DNA of 22,899 bases from Gemmatimonadota bacterium (GTDB taxonomy: Bacteria; Gemmatimonadota; Gemmatimonadetes; Gemmatimonadales; GWC2-71-9): contig JAZDCZ010000366.1 in the NCBI GenBank assembly GCA_036679605.1, forward strand, positions 1 through 22,899, in the 5' to 3' direction. Below are positions 16,273 through 22,899 of this stretch, one piece after another. How positions within the stretch are numbered: the stretch's first letter is position 1; every line of letters begins with the position of its first letter. A program made the position numbers and the translations under genes. The notes under the pieces are model-generated. The model ran no database searches and was not told the origin of the DNA. It was given only the letters and a program-made list of their open reading frames with translations.

Positions 16273-17670
16273 GTGGCGAACCTCGGCCCCTCCGTTCAGC
16301 GCGGCGCCGTGGCAATCGCATTGGTGGTGCTGCTCGGACTGCCTTCGTGTATCCCCAAAGTCGATCCGCCACCGAACATCATCGTGATCGTGATCGACTC
16401 ACTTCGCGCCGACTACCTCGGGAGCCAGGGCTTCGAGGGCGCGATCTCGCCGCACCTCGATCGCTTCGCTGCCGAGTCCGTGACCTTCACGCAATGCATG
16501 TCGCAGGCCCCATGGACGAAGCCGTCGATCGCCTCGCTGTTCACGTCGACGCATCCGACAACCCATGGCATGAATAGCAATTTGGACACGTTCTGGAAGC
16601 AACCCACAGAGGTCGACGAAATCGAGGTGCTTTCCCCAGACTTCATCACGCTAGCAGAGGCCGTGCGCGACGCTGGCTACACGACCTCTGCTCGCTCCGA
16701 CAACCCCTGGCTGAGTGAGGTTAACGGCTACGCCCAGGGATTCGACCGGTTCCGCCCAACGAGTAAGGGCGGGTTGGGCTCGCCGAAGGCCATCCTGGAA
16801 CACGTCGCGGAGCTAAGAGGCGAGGCCCCATTCTTCTTGTACCTGCATTTCATGGACGTACACGCTCCCTACCCCTATCGGGCGAATAAGTTCCGCGAGC
16901 TATCCGCGAGCCCAAGCCTGGGCGGGAAACGTCGCATCGAACCGGCGGAAGCGCAACTTCGGCCAGCCTACATGAATACTCCGCAGACGAAGCGTTTCGA
17001 CATCGGGGAGCTTCGCGACTGGAAGGCGAGTTATGCGACCGGCGTGGCACTAGCCGACGCCAGGCTGGGTGTCATCTTCGACGGGCTGAGGAAATCAAAC
17101 GCACTCGACGATACACTGATCGTGGTGACATCGGACCACGGCGAGGAATTTCTCGAGCACGGTCAATGGGAGCACGGCAAAACCTTGTGCAATCACCAGT
17201 TGCACGTCCCGTTGATGATTCGTTTTGCGGGCGCCACGCGTGCAGGTACACAAGATTCGCGCCTGGTTCGCTTGATCGATCTGATGCCGACGCTGCTGAA
17301 GCTGGCAAACCACGAGGAAGCGCTCCCCCAGATGGAGGGTCACGACCTGTTTACGCCAGACGAAGAAGGCCTGGTAGCCCTGGCTTCCGGACTCAAGGGA
17401 CACCCCACGTTTGTCGCCGCGCAGACCCGTGATGCGAAGCTGATCTGGGACTACCCGAGCGGTGCCTTGCGCTTCTTCGACTTGTCGCTCAGCCCGGCCG
17501 AACAACGCGTCAGCGCGGCTCCGTCCGAACTTGCGTCGGTCAGGGAGCGGCTGGAAGCTGCCATTCGAAGCCTGGCCGACCAGCCGGCGTACCATGCAGC
17601 CGCGCCTCTCGCAGAGCCGATGTCCGAGAGAAAACTCGAGAAGTTCCGAGCGCTCGGTTACCTTGAGTAA
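16273..17670 (+). CDS. Alkaline phosphatase superfamily sulfatase-like protein, probably exported or a lipoprotein
   Basis: Motifs IDSLRADYLG, APWTKPSIASLFT, LHFMDVHAPY, TSDHGEEF.EHG, HVPLMI and a C-terminal RALGY. A signal-like segment AVAIALVVLLGLPSC is present. The start is uncertain (16165, 16174 or 16273). Confidence 0.88.
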   Translation: MANLGPSVQRGAVAIALVVLLGLPSCIPKVDPPPNIIVIVIDSLRADYLGSQGFEGAISPHLDRFAAESVTFTQCMSQAPWTKPSIASLFTSTHPTTHGMNSNLDTFWKQPTEVDEIEVLSPDFITLAEAVRDAGYTTSARSDNPWLSEVNGYAQGFDRFRPTSKGGLGSPKAILEHVAELRGEAPFFLYLHFMDVHAPYPYRANKFRELSASPSLGGKRRIEPAEAQLRPAYMNTPQTKRFDIGELRDWKASYATGVALADARLGVIFDGLRKSNALDDTLIVVTSDHGEEFLEHGQWEHGKTLCNHQLHVPLMIRFAGATRAGTQDSRLVRLIDLMPTLLKLANHEEALPQMEGHDLFTPDEEGLVALASGLKGHPTFVAAQTRDAKLIWDYPSGALRFFDLSLSPAEQRVSAAPSELASVRERLEAAIRSLADQPAYHAAAPLAEPMSERKLEKFRALGYLE

Positions 17671-17787
17671 CGTAAGGAACACCTACGCGGCGTGCGCCTA
17701 ACGCCCGGCCCACGGCAGGTGCAGGGTCGAACAGACATTCGGGCGCGATTGAGAGAGAGTCAGGAGAAACCCTGGCGCTAAAACAGA

Positions 17788-19206
17788 GTGCTGTTCAACT
17801 CCTTCGAGTTCCTGCAATTTTTTGCAGTCGTCTTTGTCGTCTATGCGGCATTGAGCCACCGCTGGCAGAACCGTTTCCTGCTGGTCGCCAGCTATTTCTT
17901 TTATGGCTCTTGGGATTGGCGCTTTCTCTCCCTGTTATTGATCTCGACCGGAGTCGATTACTGCTGCGCTTTAGCGATGGAACGCTCCCCCGGACGCAAG
18001 AAGCGCTACCTGTTGGTTAGCCTTTGCACCAACCTCGGGATTCTCGGCACCTTCAAGTACTTCGATTTCTTCTCCCTTTCAGCGGCACGCCTTCTGGAGC
18101 AACTTGGATTCCACGCCGATTTTCCCACCCTGAACATTCTGCTTCCGGTCGGGATTAGTTTCTATACCTTCCAGACGATGGCATATACCATCGACGTCTA
18201 TCGCGGCAGGGACAAGGCCGCCCGCGACCTCACTTGCTTTGCGCTGTATGTAGCCTATTTCCCCCAGTTGGTGGCAGGGCCCATCGAACGGTCCACACAC
18301 CTGTTACCGGAGTTTCAGAAGCCGCGCGTCATCACTTGGAGCAAAATTGCAAGCGCACTGCCGTTGGTTATTCAGGGTTATTTCAAGAAGGTCCTGATTG
18401 CCGACGGGGTGGCCCCGGTGGTGGACCGCTGTTTCTCCAACCCAGGGGAGTTTAGTAGCCTCACCTTGCTACTTGGGGTTTATCTGTTCGCAATCCAAAT
18501 CTATGGGGACTTCTCCGGTTATACCGACATCGCGCGCGGTATCAGTCGTATGCTCGGGATCGAACTCTGCCTAAACTTCCGGCAGCCATATTTATCCTCT
18601 AATATCACGGAGTTCTGGCACCGTTGGCACATGTCCCTCTCCTCGTGGCTACGCGACTATCTCTACATCCCTCTGGGTGGCAACCGGCGCGGTCAGTATC
18701 GAACCTACATCAATAACATGCTCACCATGCTGCTCGGCGGCCTGTGGCACGGCGCAAGTTTGAAGTTTATCGTCTGGGGCGGACTTCACGGCGTTTATCT
18801 GGCAATCCATAAGCTGACCCTACGCGGCCGGAGAGTGGCGCCGGATCAGCCATCCGGCAACACGCTAAGCTTGGCAGTCTGGCTGATGAAGACCGTGGTG
18901 ACCTTCCACCTGGTTTGTTTTGCGTGGATCTTCTTCCGCAGCGATTCCCTCACCGCGGCGATGCACTACATCGGTGGGATTCTACAGGGAGGTTCCGCCC
19001 CCAGTCCTCTGATCATGTATTCTTTCCTTTTCTATGGAGCCCTGACTCTGTTGGTGGATCTGGCCTGCTTCTTTCAAAACTCAGAAGTGCCCACAACTTC
19101 CAAGGCGCCGCCTTTTGTGGTCGGGGCAGCCTACGCCGCCATGGTGTACCTCATCATTGTCCTGGGAGAGAGAAATGCGCAGCCCTTTATCTACTTCCAG
19201 TTTTAG
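17788..19206 (+). CDS. MBOAT family O-acyltransferase, AlgI/DltB-like
   Basis: Motifs MLFNS.EF, LPVGISFYTFQ, FPQLVAGPIER, QIYGDFSGYTDIA, FWHRWHMSLSSWLRDYLYIPLGGNR, catalytic GLWHGA and a C-terminal FIYFQF. Confidence 0.97.
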   Translation: MLFNSFEFLQFFAVVFVVYAALSHRWQNRFLLVASYFFYGSWDWRFLSLLLISTGVDYCCALAMERSPGRKKRYLLVSLCTNLGILGTFKYFDFFSLSAARLLEQLGFHADFPTLNILLPVGISFYTFQTMAYTIDVYRGRDKAARDLTCFALYVAYFPQLVAGPIERSTHLLPEFQKPRVITWSKIASALPLVIQGYFKKVLIADGVAPVVDRCFSNPGEFSSLTLLLGVYLFAIQIYGDFSGYTDIARGISRMLGIELCLNFRQPYLSSNITEFWHRWHMSLSSWLRDYLYIPLGGNRRGQYRTYINNMLTMLLGGLWHGASLKFIVWGGLHGVYLAIHKLTLRGRRVAPDQPSGNTLSLAVWLMKTVVTFHLVCFAWIFFRSDSLTAAMHYIGGILQGGSAPSPLIMYSFLFYGALTLLVDLACFFQNSEVPTTSKAPPFVVGAAYAAMVYLIIVLGERNAQPFIYFQF

Positions 19207-20215
19207 GTCGGCCTGTTGGTTCGGGGTCATTCTGGCTTTGTTGCTGGTGGTGCATTCCACCGTGATGAACAGCCGCGCCGTTGATCTGCGTGTTCACGGC
19301 TCACGGATCGGGAAGGTCATTCAGTGTTTCCGAGCCAACATCGATCATGCCAAAACGGTGGAGCAACGCCTGATCGTCTTTCTCGGCAGTTCGCGTTTCC
19401 ACTCCTGTATCGATACCGAGGAACTGCAGCGTCTGGACGAGCGCAAGGATCTGGTCTTCGTGAACCTGGCTCAACCCGCCATGGAGGGATGGGAATGGGA
19501 CGTCATCCTACGCAATTTGCACCGCCCTACCGACGTGGTCACCGCAGCAGTCATCGAAATCGACCCATGGGTGTTTAACCAAAATAATCTGCATCCGCTG
19601 ACCCACAAAAAAGAAAAATACCGCCACGAGTTCGAGCTGTGGGCATCGCTGCGAGAACGCTGGGAGATCGAAAACCTGTGGACGCGGCTAGAATTGATCG
19701 CCCTCATGGTGCCGAGGAATACCCTGCAGGATCTCTTGCAAAAATCGGAGAAGGTTCCTCCCCTGGCCAGCCTTCTCAAGCTAGCCCCACCGCCCTATCA
19801 CTTCCAGGACTCGGCGTTGCAAACGCGTCTCGCGGACAAGCACTTTTTTCCCGAGAACATCTCCCGTATGCACCTGCACGACTACCAGTTCAGCGAGCTA
19901 AAACAGAAGCGATTCGAGCGCATGCTTGATCGCTTGAGTACCGCAGGAATTCCTTTCGTCATCGTCCATCCGCCAGTTAAGACAACCTATTACGACTACG
20001 TACGGAAGGACGAACAACGAACTCGAGAGTTCCAGAAGCACCTAGATTTCATCCAGCAGCTACAGCGGGAGCAGCGCGTAGTGTATTGGCAAACCACTGC
20101 AGATTGCGACCTAGATGACTCTGTTTTTATTGACTACGGGCACTATTCCGCAGTCGGGGCCACCCGCTTTTCCGACCGGCTCTTTCTGGAGTTGAACTCC
20201 TTTTTCGGAAACTGA
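19175..20215 (+). CDS. SGNH-like extracytoplasmic acyltransferase partner of the MBOAT (DltD/AlgJ/DUF1574-like)
   Basis: N-terminal TM, block I VFLGSSR, NLAQPA and a C-terminal DYGH (DxxH). ATG at 19175 is preceded by GGAGAG and overlaps the MBOAT 3' end. Confidence 0.8.
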   Translation: MRSPLSTSSFRSACWFGVILALLLVVHSTVMNSRAVDLRVHGSRIGKVIQCFRANIDHAKTVEQRLIVFLGSSRFHSCIDTEELQRLDERKDLVFVNLAQPAMEGWEWDVILRNLHRPTDVVTAAVIEIDPWVFNQNNLHPLTHKKEKYRHEFELWASLRERWEIENLWTRLELIALMVPRNTLQDLLQKSEKVPPLASLLKLAPPPYHFQDSALQTRLADKHFFPENISRMHLHDYQFSELKQKRFERMLDRLSTAGIPFVIVHPPVKTTYYDYVRKDEQRTREFQKHLDFIQQLQREQRVVYWQTTADCDLDDSVFIDYGHYSAVGATRFSDRLFLELNSFFGN

Positions 20216-20243
20216 GTCCCATTCTTGAGCGATTGAGTCCCTC

Positions 20244-20263
20244 CGCCGATTCTCGAATCGGCG
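20244..20263. terminator. Inverted repeat hairpin between convergent genes; candidate terminator
   Basis: CGCCGATTC-TC-GAATCGGCG is a perfect 9-bp inverted repeat. It is flanked by an outer TTCTTGA (20222) / TCAAGAA (20266) pair. There is no clear U-tract. Confidence 0.5.
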
Positions 20264-20449
20264 AATCAAGAACAGCTAACGAGATAAGACAACTGAGGAG
20301 CCCGAGCCCGCGAGGTCTCCGCTCGCGAATCTCTCCCCCGAACGTTGCGTAGCACACCCCGGTATGTCAGCGCTGTCGCGATGCCGTTTGAACCAGGTCT
20401 CCGAAGAATCGTGCGCGCCGTCGTGCTCGTTGCGGGCTATTTCGGAGTC

Positions 20450-22807
20450 CTAACGTGACTCGTCCGTCCACTCCGCGCGTCGTCGTGTCGACCACACAAA
20501 AAAGCAGGACAGTAGCAAGAGGGCAGCCGTCGCGATGGTAATACCCGCATAGAAACTCTTCGGCACGTACTCAAAGACGATATCGACCGGTCCCGCCGGC
20601 ACGCTGACAGCCCGCAACATGCCGTTCGCACGAAGAATCACTGCCGACTTGCCGTTCACTCGTGCCTGCCACCCGGGATAGTAGGTATCGGTCAGGACAA
20701 CATATCCTGGCCGATCCATATTCGCCCGCAACCGGACCCGCATAGGCTCCAGATCGACAATCTCGACGTCGGGCCCGCGCATTGGACTCGTGGCGACGCG
20801 AGTCGTGCACCCGGATGACCGGTCCAACATAACGGTTGTTCGTAAATCGAACTCGGGTGAGAGAAGGCGCCGCCACTGCTCAGATCCTACATCGAAACAC
20901 TCGGCATCGTACACCGCATAGGCGCGCGGCAACCCGTTGGGATTCCGAAGGAAGATGAACGCGCCGACGGACTTGACGTCCGCAAACGCTGCTTGCTCGA
21001 CGGTACGCCATTGCCCGCGTATATCCGCATCCAGCCATGCCAACTTGTGCGCCACAGCAATGTCCACGCTCAGTAAATCGAGGCAACGCTTGCGTGGATA
21101 CACAAGCAGCCGCGACCGGTCTCGGATGGGCGGCTGTCCCCAGTATCGCAGCCTGCCACGCTGGCCACCGGGTTTCGGATAGTTGGGGTCGGCGTGCAGA
21201 AAACATTCCTTGTGTACCCGTGGAGCCAACGGGTCGTAATCAAAAGGCGAGAAGAAACCGAAGACCTGTGCGTCCTTGACGGGAGGCAAGTTATCAAAAG
21301 CGGTAACCACGGCGACGCGCTTGGGCCCCGCTAACTTGCCGAGCCGCTGATACAAGTCCGCCGATTGATAAATAGCAGCCCAACCTGCATGTGCATAAGG
21401 AAGGCGTAGGTCGTTGCGAGAAACGCCAATCGCGTCGTACGCCAGCAGTAGCGCGAGAACCAGCCCAAGTGCTGTCGCCCCGGTGGACCGCTTCAGCTGG
21501 GCCAGAGCCCACCCGCTGAGCAAGATGACTGCCCCCACGGCTGCCAGCACTGCTGCTGAGGCATGCCCGCCGCGATACCACGCACCCCAAAACATGCATG
21601 CGGCACCGGCGGCGACAGCAACGCCCGTCCAGCGTCGACGCATATGCGGATCGTTCAGCACCGACATGCCCCGTGCTACGAGCAACGCAATAGCAAACTG
21701 CGCAAGAAAAAATTCCCGGAATGGAAGACGAAACCATCCAAAGACTGGGATGTCGGCACGAAGAGAGAGAAACCACAGTGGCGCGAGCAGGGAAAGTACT
21801 CCGTATAGAATCAGCGTTAAGCAGAACAACGTCGTCCCATCAAGAGCAACCAGACCTACGACGGCCATTCCAACCGCGACCACACCTAGATAAGTCCGGA
21901 TGGAGAGCAAGCCGTCTGGAGGGACTAACGCCGCATGCGTAACGGACGCCATAGAGTCCAACGAGTTGCCTAATGGCATGACCTCGGCCAGTGACAGCGC
22001 CTGCGTCGAACGGGCCGCCTGCTGAGCAAGCTCGGCCGTAGGCAGGAGCTGCGGCGCTGCCACGGCCATGCCCACGGCTACACATATTCCGATTCGCAGT
22101 ACGGCCACGGCGCGACCCTGGCTCACGCCACCAGAGCTACCTCGACCGAGCAGGACCACCACGGCGTACCAAGCGTAGGCGGCCAGCATGTACGCACTCG
22201 TCTGATATCCGCCCGCGAGCACGGGCATCGCCGCAGCCAACGTGAGGACCGCCATCCAACGAACCCCACCGTTGTGGAAGATCCTATCGACTGCGGCAAT
22301 GCCAAGCGGCAGCCACGCAACGGCCTCCATTCCCGGCGGCCACGTATATTTCGGCACCACTACCACCAACGCAAAATACAGCCCTGCCGCAAGCGCCGCA
22401 GTGGGACGTGCGCCGAGGACGCGCGCCAGCCATACCATGTTCCAACCACCGAGCAGGCTGTGGAAAACACCCATCAACCCCATCCCTACCGCCGTAGGGA
22501 CAAAAAGGTAGAGGAGATGAAAGGGGTAAAGCATCCCGCTCTGTAGCGTTGCCAGCCCCGGCACCCCGGCAAGTTGGTACGGGTTCCACAAGAATAGCCG
22601 CCCGTGGCGCATGTCCGCATACGTGCGATCGAGCATCGGGAAAAAATAGCTAAAAAGATCGTCGGTGCCAAAAAAGTTCAGTTGCTGAGGCCCTGGCTCC
22701 TGACTTATAACGCAATACCGCCAGGTGACGACGATGACTACACTGACGGCGAGCCATGTTGTCGGCCATACACAGCGACTGTAATTGCGATCAACCCATC
22801 TACGCAT
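20450..22807 (-). CDS. YfhO family membrane protein (GT-C glycosyltransferase)
   Basis: Motifs DLFSYFFP, LWNPYQLAGVP, AAPQLLPTAEL, WFRLPFR, LPRAY and TDTYYPGWQARVNG..ILRANG.LRAV; many TM segments and a C-terminal TM. Confidence 0.92.
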   Translation of the reverse strand: MRRWVDRNYSRCVWPTTWLAVSVVIVVTWRYCVISQEPGPQQLNFFGTDDLFSYFFPMLDRTYADMRHGRLFLWNPYQLAGVPGLATLQSGMLYPFHLLYLFVPTAVGMGLMGVFHSLLGGWNMVWLARVLGARPTAALAAGLYFALVVVVPKYTWPPGMEAVAWLPLGIAAVDRIFHNGGVRWMAVLTLAAAMPVLAGGYQTSAYMLAAYAWYAVVVLLGRGSSGGVSQGRAVAVLRIGICVAVGMAVAAPQLLPTAELAQQAARSTQALSLAEVMPLGNSLDSMASVTHAALVPPDGLLSIRTYLGVVAVGMAVVGLVALDGTTLFCLTLILYGVLSLLAPLWFLSLRADIPVFGWFRLPFREFFLAQFAIALLVARGMSVLNDPHMRRRWTGVAVAAGAACMFWGAWYRGGHASAAVLAAVGAVILLSGWALAQLKRSTGATALGLVLALLLAYDAIGVSRNDLRLPYAHAGWAAIYQSADLYQRLGKLAGPKRVAVVTAFDNLPPVKDAQVFGFFSPFDYDPLAPRVHKECFLHADPNYPKPGGQRGRLRYWGQPPIRDRSRLLVYPRKRCLDLLSVDIAVAHKLAWLDADIRGQWRTVEQAAFADVKSVGAFIFLRNPNGLPRAYAVYDAECFDVGSEQWRRLLSPEFDLRTTVMLDRSSGCTTRVATSPMRGPDVEIVDLEPMRVRLRANMDRPGYVVLTDTYYPGWQARVNGKSAVILRANGMLRAVSVPAGPVDIVFEYVPKSFYAGITIATAALLLLSCFFVWSTRRRAEWTDESR

Positions 22808-22860
22808 CGAAAATCCGTCTCATGGTCATCCCGTTGCTGTAGTCGCGCCAACATCGCGTG

Positions 22861-22899
22861 TTAGGGATCGCGATAGCGTCGACCGAACCGCGTCTCCAA
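22861..22899 (-). CDS. Possible 3' end of an upstream gene cut by the window edge
   Basis: The minus strand from the edge reads LETRFGRRYRDP*, ending 53 nt before the YfhO-like start. It is too short to identify. Confidence 0.2.
   Translation of the reverse strand: METRFGRRYRDP

Noticed and set aside
16265..16273. GCGATACTG shared with 10784-10792 (GATACT also occurs on the minus strand at 2360-2365) as a common regulatory motif
   Set aside because: It is short, its spacing to start codons is inconsistent, and it is plausible by chance.
17095..17682. 195-aa minus-strand ORF
   Set aside because: It is an antisense shadow of the sulfatase-like gene.
17751..17759. GAGAGAGAG run upstream of the MBOAT, and G6 runs near 1049-1054 and 1075-1080, as phase-variation tracts
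   Set aside because: They are too short for credible slipped-strand switching.
1..22899. CRISPR array, tRNA/rRNA, IS or integrase, and an antibiotic biosynthetic cluster suggested by the DesI-like and FkbM genes
   Set aside because: No regularly spaced repeats, cloverleaf or transposase motifs were seen. No PKS, NRPS or GT1 gene is present, and the context is envelope glycosylation.

Overview
Bacterial, fairly GC-rich window that is almost entirely a cell-surface glycan or glycoconjugate biosynthesis and modification region. From left to right it holds: (1) a 5'-truncated XRE-HTH gene and a nucleotidyltransferase gene forming a toxin-antitoxin-like pair, followed by a ~100-bp frameshifted relic of an AAA_14/DUF4143-type ATPase; (2) leftward genes for an SGNH hydrolase, a lipoprotein FkbM-type methyltransferase and an APC permease; (3) a leftward block with two SAM methyltransferases, a UPF0104 flippase-like protein, two NDP-sugar SDR epimerases and a polyprenol-phosphate GT2; (4) a divergent rightward operon with a GT-C-like membrane protein, a sulfotransferase, an ArnC/GtrB-like GT2, a small Zn-ribbon ORF and a DesI/VioA-like aminotransferase; (5) an exported sulfatase-like protein with Thr at the nucleophile position; (6) an AlgI/DltB MBOAT with a DltD/AlgJ-like partner; and (7) a convergent YfhO-type GT-C. 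I saw no rRNA, tRNA, CRISPR array or transposase. The most interesting hypothesis is a lipid-carrier (Arn-like or GtrABC-like) extracytoplasmic glycosylation pathway combined with sulfation, methylation and O-acylation, using several enzymes with non-canonical catalytic motifs. All product calls come from motif recognition by eye; no database searches were run.
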